Below, piece after piece: positions 10,303-18,315 of a stretch of DNA of 64,000 nucleotides (positions are counted from its first letter, which is position 1; every line of letters begins with the position of its first letter). The position numbers were made by a program, and so were the translations under genes. A model generated the notes under the pieces. It did no database searches. It was not told the DNA's origin and was given only the letters and a program-made list of their open reading frames with translations. This DNA comes from Candidatus Ozemobacteraceae bacterium (lineage in GTDB: Bacteria > Muiribacteriota > Ozemobacteria > Ozemobacterales > Ozemobacteraceae), in contig OZ223236.1 of NCBI GenBank assembly GCA_965140445.1, positions 3,328,001 through 3,392,000 on the forward strand. Reading direction: 5' to 3'.

Positions 10303-11754
10303 ATGAGTTTAACAGTTAAGAAAATCCTGCAAATGCCACCTTCTGATGAGCTTGTTTCAATCAATGGCTGGGTAAGAACCAAACGTTCAAGCAAGAATGT
10401 TGTTTTCGTAGCACTTAATGATGGCTCAACCATAAATAATCTTCAGCTTGTTGTTGATCTGGATAAAGGATATGCAGACCTGACAGAAGAAATTATGTCT
10501 AAGGTTACGACTGGTGCTTCAATTGCGGCATCAGGAAAGCTGGTTGCGTCACAAGGTAAAGGTCAGGCTGTAGAGCTTGTTGTAGAGAACCTCAAAGTTC
10601 TCGGCATTGCTGACCCTGATGAATACCCGCTCCAGCCTAAAAAGCATTCACTCGAATTCTTAAGAGAAATTGGTCATTTAAGATTCAGAACAAATCTTTT
10701 TGGCGCAGTTCTTCGCGTGAGACATGCCATGACTTTTGCAATTCACCAGTTTTTTCATGAAAGAGGCTTTATAAACGTTCATACTCCAATTCTCACGGCT
10801 TCTGATTGTGAAGGGGCAGGGGAGATGTTCAGAGTAACAACGCTTCCAGCACAGAATCCACCAACTCTTGATGATGGATCAGTTGACTACTCCAAAGATT
10901 TCTTCGGAAAAGCTACAAACTTAACCGTTTCTGGCCAATTGGAAGGTGAACTCGCGGCCACTGCGCTTGGCAAAATTTATACTTTTGGGCCTACTTTTAG
11001 AGCTGAAAATTCAAATACTTCCAGGCATCTTTCAGAATTCTGGATGATAGAACCAGAAATAGCTTTTGCCGATCTAAATGAAAATATGGATCTTGCAGAA
11101 GAATTTCTCAAGTATCTAATCAACTATGCTCTTGAAAATTGTGCAGATGACCTCGAATTTCTAAGCAAGCGGCACGCGGATGAAAATAAAACAAAACCTC
11201 AGGCTGAACGTGAAGAAATGACTTTGATCGAAAAGCTTAAATTTGTCAGCCAAAACGGTTTTGAGCGCATTACCTACACTGAAGCCTATGAAATTCTTAA
11301 AAATTGCAATCCTAACAAAAAGAAAAAATTCCAATACCTTGTGGATGAATGGGGTATTGATCTGCAATCAGAACACGAACGTTATCTTGTCGAAAAGCAC
11401 TTTAAAAAGCCTGTAATAGTTACTGATTACCCGGCAGGAAACAAGGCATTCTACATGAGAGTAAATGATGATGGAAAAACCGTAGCAGCCATGGATATTC
11501 TTGTGCCAGGCGTTGGAGAAATTATTGGAGGTTCTCAACGTGAAGAACGTTTAGAGATCCTTAAAGAACGTGCTTCTAAAATGGGTCTCCCTGAAGAAAG
11601 CATCTGGTGGTATCTTGATATCAGAAAATTCGGTTCCTGCGTTCACAGCGGCTTTGGGCTTGGATTTGCTCGCCTGTTAATGTTTGTTACAGGTTTAGGC
11701 AATGTCAGAGACGTTGTTCCATTCCCAAGAACTCCAAAATCTGCTGAATTTTAA
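10303..11754 (+). CDS. asnS: Asparagine--tRNA ligase
   Basis: OB-fold [77 protein letters not shown] before ATG 10303. Confidence 0.97.
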   Translation: MSLTVKKILQMPPSDELVSINGWVRTKRSSKNVVFVALNDGSTINNLQLVVDLDKGYADLTEEIMSKVTTGASIAASGKLVASQGKGQAVELVVENLKVLGIADPDEYPLQPKKHSLEFLREIGHLRFRTNLFGAVLRVRHAMTFAIHQFFHERGFINVHTPILTASDCEGAGEMFRVTTLPAQNPPTLDDGSVDYSKDFFGKATNLTVSGQLEGELAATALGKIYTFGPTFRAENSNTSRHLSEFWMIEPEIAFADLNENMDLAEEFLKYLINYALENCADDLEFLSKRHADENKTKPQAEREEMTLIEKLKFVSQNGFERITYTEAYEILKNCNPNKKKKFQYLVDEWGIDLQSEHERYLVEKHFKKPVIVTDYPAGNKAFYMRVNDDGKTVAAMDILVPGVGEIIGGSQREERLEILKERASKMGLPEESIWWYLDIRKFGSCVHSGFGLGFARLLMFVTGLGNVRDVVPFPRTPKSAEF

Positions 11755-11771
11755 ACAAATTGATTTAATGT

Positions 11772-11818
11772 AAAAAGCCCCCTGCATTTGGTTAACACTG
11801 AATGCAGGGGGCTTTTTT
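11772..11818. terminator. Bidirectional intrinsic terminator
   Basis: AAAAAGCCCCCTGCATT...AATGCAGGGGGCTTTTTT between convergent genes. Confidence 0.9.
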
Positions 11819-11838
11819 ACTACTTTTGGGAATTCGAT

Positions 11839-12687
11839 TTAGAAATCAATTACCTTTTCATGTTTTTCTTTTAATTGAGCGCTATCGCTGGCTCTCAAGT
11901 TGCAGATAGCCGCTTCCCAGGAACCATATAAAGGATTTGGAAGTAAGAACCACTGCTCACCAAAACGATCCAGATGTTTTTGGCTTTCTGAGACTCTTTC
12001 TTCTGGATTCATAATTTTCATGTCTTTTATGAAATCACCCAGATCATCGCCTACCAGGCCAATAATCCAATGAGTTTTTGCAACGTATGCACGACGCAGC
12101 GTTTTTTCACTTACCCATGGTTCGGTTTCGCCTTTTCCAGTTTCGCCAACAGTTAAGACCTTATCGCCATTTACCTTTATTGGTAACAAATCTACAATTG
12201 TGTCAGCCTCTACAGGTTGCTTGCGATTGGTTACATAAAAAACTTCTATATTTTCACCCAGAATATTTTTTAAAAATTCTTCCGCACCTGGTATGAAATC
12301 GGCTTTTTTTGCTTTTGCCCATTCATTCCAGATGGATTGCTGGTAATTGGTGCGTTCATTAACCATTCGTCCGGTCATTGGCGAGTTATCAAGAATTGTT
12401 TCATCAATATCTACAATGATTGCCAAAGGAAGATTCTTTTCATTGGTACCCTCTTGTTCAAGAGCTGCTGAAGGAATTTTCTCACCATTCTTGATTCTAT
12501 CTGCCAACTTTTTAATCTTTGCAAAAGCATCACGATACATGCTTGCAGTAAGAATTTTGAACTCTGCAGATGTCTGCACCCATAAGAGGGCATTTAAGCG
12601 TTCGTGAGTGTCTCGGTCTGGAGTGCCTGCAAAGCTATTTACTGTAATAGCTGCAAACAAAAATGTGGTTAGGATTCTCCTGATCAT
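11839..12687 (-). CDS. Secreted HAD acid phosphatase / 5'-nucleotidase, e(P4)-like
   Basis: WVQTSAE, DIDETILDNSP, YVTNR, VGDDLGDF and LPNPLYGSWE motifs. Signal peptide without a lipobox Cys. Confidence 0.85.
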   Translation of the reverse strand: MIRRILTTFLFAAITVNSFAGTPDRDTHERLNALLWVQTSAEFKILTASMYRDAFAKIKKLADRIKNGEKIPSAALEQEGTNEKNLPLAIIVDIDETILDNSPMTGRMVNERTNYQQSIWNEWAKAKKADFIPGAEEFLKNILGENIEVFYVTNRKQPVEADTIVDLLPIKVNGDKVLTVGETGKGETEPWVSEKTLRRAYVAKTHWIIGLVGDDLGDFIKDMKIMNPEERVSESQKHLDRFGEQWFLLPNPLYGSWEAAICNLRASDSAQLKEKHEKVIDF

Positions 12688-12723
12688 CTGTAACTCTCCT
12701 TGTGTTGTTGGAAAAATTTTCTT

Positions 12724-13146
12724 TTATAAATTTCTTAATTTGATTGGGTGATCGGCATTCAATTGTAATAAATCCCAAAGATTGCCGTAAAGATCTTCAA
12801 ATACAGCAACTGTTCCGTATTCTTGTTTTTGTGGTTCACGTGTAAATTTGATTCCATCTGCAACCATCCTATTGTAATCCCGCCAGAAATCATCGGTATT
12901 GAGAAACAGGAATACACGCCCACCTGATTGATTGCCAATGTAATCATGTTGCTCAGGCTTGGAAGCTTTTGCTAACAATAAAGTCGCGCCATTGGAACCA
13001 GGTGGAGCAACAACGACCCAGCGCTTATCCTGCTCTGGCTGATAAGTATCTTCAATAAGCTCAAACTTGAGCTTATTGACATAAAAATCTATTGCTTCAT
13101 CATAGTCTCTTACCACCAAAGCAACGTGAACGATTGATTGTTTCAT
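12724..13146 (-). CDS. VOC (glyoxalase/bleomycin resistance) family protein
   Basis: HVALVVRDYDEAIDFY...KRWVVV.PP...YGTVAVFEDLYGNLWDL. Confidence 0.9.
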   Translation of the reverse strand: MKQSIVHVALVVRDYDEAIDFYVNKLKFELIEDTYQPEQDKRWVVVAPPGSNGATLLLAKASKPEQHDYIGNQSGGRVFLFLNTDDFWRDYNRMVADGIKFTREPQKQEYGTVAVFEDLYGNLWDLLQLNADHPIKLRNL

Positions 13147-13286
13147 TTATGCAGTCTTTCAAATCAATTAAAAAATTCCTGCAAATTCTAACATATTTTG
13201 AAATTAATGAGGAAACCTAATTTTACTTCGTTCAACGTTGAATTAATATAGCTTGAAGGGGAAAAAGCCTTAGGGGAGTAATTTTT

Positions 13287-13380
13287 CTTTAACGTTCCGC
13301 GGCTATATGAAGTTTTTGCGGAACGTAGTGGAGTAAAAATTTGGGTGAAGCGAAGCGGAACCATATAGCCGCTGTTGTGC
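13287..13380 (-). other. attC-like recombination site (94 bp) downstream of avs4
   Basis: Minus strand: R'' GCACAAC, then A-GCGGCTATATG, two internal hairpins, CATATAGCCGC-GGAAC, and R' GTTAAAG. A perfect 11-bp stem lies between the AAC and GTT cores. Confidence 0.75.
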
Positions 13381-16300
13381 GATGGGCAGAGCGCCTCTTC
13401 GGTTTTTGTCTTCATTTCTTAACCCCGCCCCCTCTTCTGCCAGAGCACAGGACGTGCAAAGGCGGTTTCGTTTATTTCTGGCTCATAGAATACTTTCTCG
13501 CAATAGATAACCATGTATAGAACCTCGTTCAATCATAAAGTCAAGTATTGGAATTACTTTGTTCTTCAATTTTATTTCTTCTTTTATTTTTTGTCTGTTG
13601 ATGAAAACATACTTTCTTAAAAACTTCTCTAGGTAGTATAAAGTGTTTGATTCCAAATCATCAAGGCGTAACGATTTGTTGTTTGACACGATGGTATGAA
13701 TCCAATCAATACCTTCGTCCTTAAAGTTAGTTCCGATTGTATTCAGAACTCTTACAATAGAATACAATACTGCAGGAATGTTTCCTAATTCTTTAGAAGC
13801 ATTGGAATATAGGGATAAATTCTCGCTTCTTAAGCTACGCCATGCTTCAATACCTTCACGCCACCAACGCCATGCTAATAGATAATTTATTATGATTTCT
13901 TTTAAATGATAGCCACGAGGATTAATACATAATTCCTTTATTTTCAGAAATAACCTATCCCAGATATGCCAAAATTGCTCATGGTTATTAAGGTAATCTT
14001 CCGCACTTACAAGTTCTTCAATAAAAGATGCTGTTTCTTCTGTTAATGAAAAAGATTCAAGAAATGGTTTAAGAAAAGTATCAATCTCAGTTTTATCTCT
14101 ATGTAAAATAAAGCAAGCAAACCTTTTGAAAACATGTAAACGTAATGAATAAATGTTAGAATCGTCTCCTGAATTGTCTTTGTAAGTTCTTCTGTCTTTC
14201 AATAACTGTAAGGCTAATGAAGGCAACGATTTTGCATAAATGTTTAAGTGAATTTCATCTTTCGTGTCAGAAGGAATTAATTGGAGAACGATTTCCAAAC
14301 CATGGATGTCAAGTGGGGCAATCTCATTGATGTCAAATGATATATTTTCAAAACTTAAATCAATACTTTTCTCGTCTAACTTTTCTAAAATTGAACTTTT
14401 AGAAATACGACCCCAACCTTGTTCTTTTCTTATTTCCGCAACAATTATATTATAAATTGGCTTGAGTTTTACATATCCGAATAAAACTGATTGAGCAACT
14501 TTTGCATTTTGTTCCCACAATTTTGATTTGTGAATTGATTCAATGACGTAATCACATACCCTTTTGTAATGTCCAATTGGTGTTTCATCCAAAAGGGTCA
14601 AAACCATTAATAAAATATAATCTTCTGCTTCTTCTTTATATTCGTTTACTAATGATGGTATCGCATGGACAGAAGCCTCAACTCCTTCACTTATTTGGTA
14701 GGCGTAATCATCGGCAAAAAGATTAGATATTGTTGAAAGAACAATTTCTTTGCAAAAAGCCTTATCTTCTATTGTTAGTTTATCTTTGTGTTCAATCAAT
14801 AACTTAGAACACGAAAACGCAGGTATGGAATAATCAAGCATACCTATTTCGTTTCGTCCCGATTTCAGGTCTTCAACAAGTTGTTTCGTTTCTGATAAAG
14901 CTAGAAGAGGATTGTTGTCATACTCCTCCTGTTTTTTGTTTTTATTTTGGCTTCTCTCTCCAATCAAAAAATCCGACCACACCCTTAGAGAGAAATATTT
15001 AAACATTTCTTGGTATTGATTCTGTGCTTGTTCGCTTTCCTTTCTATGCTCATCTGAAAGTTCTTTTGGACTAAATTCTATTATAAGATGGTTGTCGTCT
15101 TGTTTCGATACTTTAGGATTAAGATTTCTTCTATCCATTCTTGCCAGCAATATTCCAAATGATTTATTTTTTGAAACATTGGATTTGTGTTGGTCAATTA
15201 TTCCATATAATTTTTCGATGAATTCTGTATTCTGTTCCTCCGTAAAACCTTTTACACCGAAAAACTGATAATTTAAAAACAATGATTCTAAATTTAATCC
15301 TCTATGCTTATCCTCGCATGATTTTAATCTTTCATCTATGTATAAAATGTCTCTAATTTTATCCATGCCATATCCTATTGAATATAGCGATTTAGCCTGA
15401 AACTCATTTGTGCTTCTGATAGTATCCATATGAAATAATTCAATCGTTTTAAATAGTATTAAAGCTATATCATAGAATTTATCAGGATTTGCAAGCACAA
15501 CACTGCAAACAACCGAAGTAAGAGAGGTTGATTTTGATTTAATGAGAATTTTAAGAAGTATTTTTTGAATGATTTCGGACTTTATTATTTGTGAAAACTC
15601 TAAAAGAATGCTTTCTAATGCCATGTGCATGGATTGTAGCACACTTGGAACAACAGGGCTCCCGTTGCCACGATACATATTCCAAATCGCACTACTCAAA
15701 TATTGTGTGACTTCTGTTTTATTAATGTGCAATGTAACTTTTAAGACATCTTTTTTTCCATAATCAGATTTACTATAAGATTCAACAGCCCTATTGGTAA
15801 AATCTATAATAAAATCAAGTGTTTCGTTGAATTCTATTTGTAATAACCATTTTATTGGTGTTTGATTTGCACTTGAAGGAAAATAATTGAATTCGTGTTT
15901 TTCTGCTAAGCCATATCTAATTTCCATTGTGTCTCTATCATATCCAAATCTGTCTTGTTTTTTCGGCTGTTTTTGCCAAAACAAATTACACAATTGAATT
16001 ACGGATAGCGGAAGTGTTTTTATTAATTCTGTTGCAATGTATGGTTTCTCTAAGATTTTAGAGCAAAGTCCTTCGTATGGGTCTCTGTGTTCAGTCCATT
16101 TATTAGAAACGACTTTGTCAAATATTTCTTTAAGTTTTGATTTTATTTCATAGGCTGAATTGAAAACCACTTTCAAAATATTTTCTTCTGCAACTTCGCG
16201 CATATAGAAGTTTTCTTCGGTTTCAGTTTTTTGAATTACACTCAATGCTAAGAAACCTGCGAATCTTGTTGTTTTTCCTGTTTTGTTGAAGTCGCACCAA

Positions 16301-18284
16301 TCATTTAAAACTGGTAAAACAAGTTTTAAATTGTTATCGAAAAAGTCAGATTTATGTTTGTAAATAAGGGCAATTACTTCTTCCCATCCTTTGCCTTTAG
16401 GTTTTACAATTTCAATATTTTGAATTGCTGAGATATCGGTGCAGGCAATTCTTAATAGGAATAAAATTCGTTTTAGAATTTTAAAATCATTTGCAATAAT
16501 TTCTTTCTCGAAAAACTTAAAAAATGCCTCCGAATAATCCGACAACAAAACAGAAATTAGAATTTCATCCTTCCAAAATTGTGTAACATCAACATTGGTA
16601 AATGCTCCCTGAATAAAGTTTTCTATTTCTTTAGAATTTTCAGATAAATGGTCGGACAACCATAATCTAAGTGCTCTGCGAATGGGTAATGAATTTCCTA
16701 AGTTGTCAAAAAATTCTTTTGTGTTTGAACAATTCGAAAAACTACGGGAAACTATTTTGTTCAATGTCCATTCTTCATAAATATCATGAGTAATGAAATA
16801 TCCATTATGCGTGTCGTCATATCCAAGTATCTCGTCTTGCTTTAATTGAAACAATGCTGATTGTGGCAAATTATCTGCATTAATATAAAATCGTCCTGTT
16901 TCACATCTTTGTTTGGCAATGCTGATAATACATTTTTCTCTTTCAAGATGTAGGTTATCTTTTTGAACAGTATTTTGTATTCTCTTTTTCCATAGCAAGT
17001 CAATAAATCCATTATAGTTTCCTTGTTTGTCAATGTTTGAATATTGTTGAACATACTCTCTTAGATAAAACAAGTTTCTAAGTCGTTCTAAGAATTTATG
17101 ATTGTCTGGAAGTGAGAATTTGAAATCATCTGCTATCGATTTTAATTCATCAGCACTTATCAAAGAAACGTTATTAACGTCAAATGGCAACTGATAATTC
17201 TCTTTTATGTGAAAAGTTAAATCGTTAAGATAAGCATAGCGTGTTGTAAAGATGATATTCCAAGTATTCTCTTTTAACTTTTGTATTATTGTAGTGAGAA
17301 TGTCGTTATTAGAAATCTCCGCAAGTTTTTCTGCGGAATCAATTACAAATATTTTAAGTGGTTCATCTTTGTAAGCATTGAAAAATTGTGCAATAGTAAA
17401 TCTGTGGTCAAAGTGAAATATGTCATTAATGTGATTTACATTAAGTTCATTTGCTTTAAAAACACAAATTGGTATTTTCTTAAAATAAGAATTATAAAAC
17501 TCCTTGAAAATTGCTGTTTTACCACAACCGCCTTCGCCTGAAATAATTATATTTTTACTCTTTTGAGAAGCATCAGCTATATCTTCAACAACAGCACTCC
17601 GGTCGATTTTAATTTGTTTTTCTCCGAATGATATTTCTGTCTGAATTGCTTGTAAAATATTTTCGTTGTGTTTAGATATTTCATCGAGCAAATCTCCTTC
17701 ATTTGGGTCAAGGCTGAAAAAGACATCATTTATATATTTATTTTCAGGCAAAGACAATTGTAATTCAAAATGGCTTGGAACACGCCATTGAATATTTACG
17801 CCAACTGCTTTAGCGGATTTCTCAATGTCTAATTGGTATTGTGGTTTCTTTTTACTTTTGGAGGTGCTTTCGGAAAGTTCTTGGTTTATGTATAGAAGTA
17901 ATTCGTCTAATTGTTTATTTTTGGCTTTAGCTTTTTTGATTGAATCGATAATATCGTCTTTGTTGTCAGCGATTAAAGTTGTGTAATATTTGGATTGAAA
18001 ACCATAATATTTTCCGTCTTTTTCGATTGGCTCTGTCTCAATTCCTGTTTGGTTTTTATAGCGAAATAGTCCAATTCGATTATTACACTCAGCACAGAAA
18101 AGCAAATAAGACAGTTGTTCAAATGCCCAAGTCTCTCGCTTATCGTATTTTACACTAAATATTTTCCAACTCATTTATTTGAATTCTCCCTTGATTATTC
18201 TAGCCCGCCATGGACGGCGGGCGTTCTTGGGGCTGGGTTAAGAAATGATCTTTTCACTGTCTTGGCGCTCTGCCTTTCGCACAA
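13293..18284 (-). mobile_element. Integron-like gene cassette (~4.99 kb) carrying avs4
   Basis: Begins at G/TTGTGC (18285-18279), whose exact complement GCACAAC is the R'' box at the cassette 3' end. Ends at the G/TT of the attC-like site. Contains a single gene with terminal inverted repeats. Confidence 0.75.
13483..18174 (-). CDS. avs4: AVAST type 4 anti-phage STAND NTPase with N-terminal Mrr-like nuclease
   Basis: N-terminus W..F..KY....AFEQLSYLLFC.E...GLFRYKNQTGIETEPI......GFQSKYY matches the Avs4 pattern. Walker A GEGGCGKT, Walker B FVIDSAE, long helical C-terminal sensor region; 1563 aa. Confidence 0.9.
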   Translation of the reverse strand: MSWKIFSVKYDKRETWAFEQLSYLLFCAECNNRIGLFRYKNQTGIETEPIEKDGKYYGFQSKYYTTLIADNKDDIIDSIKKAKAKNKQLDELLLYINQELSESTSKSKKKPQYQLDIEKSAKAVGVNIQWRVPSHFELQLSLPENKYINDVFFSLDPNEGDLLDEISKHNENILQAIQTEISFGEKQIKIDRSAVVEDIADASQKSKNIIISGEGGCGKTAIFKEFYNSYFKKIPICVFKANELNVNHINDIFHFDHRFTIAQFFNAYKDEPLKIFVIDSAEKLAEISNNDILTTIIQKLKENTWNIIFTTRYAYLNDLTFHIKENYQLPFDVNNVSLISADELKSIADDFKFSLPDNHKFLERLRNLFYLREYVQQYSNIDKQGNYNGFIDLLWKKRIQNTVQKDNLHLEREKCIISIAKQRCETGRFYINADNLPQSALFQLKQDEILGYDDTHNGYFITHDIYEEWTLNKIVSRSFSNCSNTKEFFDNLGNSLPIRRALRLWLSDHLSENSKEIENFIQGAFTNVDVTQFWKDEILISVLLSDYSEAFFKFFEKEIIANDFKILKRILFLLRIACTDISAIQNIEIVKPKGKGWEEVIALIYKHKSDFFDNNLKLVLPVLNDWCDFNKTGKTTRFAGFLALSVIQKTETEENFYMREVAEENILKVVFNSAYEIKSKLKEIFDKVVSNKWTEHRDPYEGLCSKILEKPYIATELIKTLPLSVIQLCNLFWQKQPKKQDRFGYDRDTMEIRYGLAEKHEFNYFPSSANQTPIKWLLQIEFNETLDFIIDFTNRAVESYSKSDYGKKDVLKVTLHINKTEVTQYLSSAIWNMYRGNGSPVVPSVLQSMHMALESILLEFSQIIKSEIIQKILLKILIKSKSTSLTSVVCSVVLANPDKFYDIALILFKTIELFHMDTIRSTNEFQAKSLYSIGYGMDKIRDILYIDERLKSCEDKHRGLNLESLFLNYQFFGVKGFTEEQNTEFIEKLYGIIDQHKSNVSKNKSFGILLARMDRRNLNPKVSKQDDNHLIIEFSPKELSDEHRKESEQAQNQYQEMFKYFSLRVWSDFLIGERSQNKNKKQEEYDNNPLLALSETKQLVEDLKSGRNEIGMLDYSIPAFSCSKLLIEHKDKLTIEDKAFCKEIVLSTISNLFADDYAYQISEGVEASVHAIPSLVNEYKEEAEDYILLMVLTLLDETPIGHYKRVCDYVIESIHKSKLWEQNAKVAQSVLFGYVKLKPIYNIIVAEIRKEQGWGRISKSSILEKLDEKSIDLSFENISFDINEIAPLDIHGLEIVLQLIPSDTKDEIHLNIYAKSLPSLALQLLKDRRTYKDNSGDDSNIYSLRLHVFKRFACFILHRDKTEIDTFLKPFLESFSLTEETASFIEELVSAEDYLNNHEQFWHIWDRLFLKIKELCINPRGYHLKEIIINYLLAWRWWREGIEAWRSLRSENLSLYSNASKELGNIPAVLYSIVRVLNTIGTNFKDEGIDWIHTIVSNNKSLRLDDLESNTLYYLEKFLRKYVFINRQKIKEEIKLKNKVIPILDFMIERGSIHGYLLRESIL

Positions 18285-18315
18285 CTAGTAAATATACGTA
18301 GTGTTGCGTATATTT
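18279..18315 (-). other. Putative attI-like primary insertion site
   Basis: Minus strand: AAATATACG-CAACACTA-CGTATATTT palindrome immediately after the integrase stop, then ACTA and the GTTGTGC core where the cassette starts. Confidence 0.6.

Noticed and set aside
13188..13415. 75-aa minus-strand ORF downstream of avs4
   Set aside because: It runs straight through the attC-like hairpin, and its sequence (PLRFTQ..PLRSAKTSYSRGTL) is what translated palindromic sites produce. Unlikely to be a real gene.
13374..18285. Interpretation of the avs4 unit as an IS or composite transposon because of its terminal inverted repeats
   Set aside because: No transposase is present and no target-site duplication is evident. 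The repeats begin exactly at GTT/AAC cores adjoining an attC-like stem and a tyrosine recombinase.
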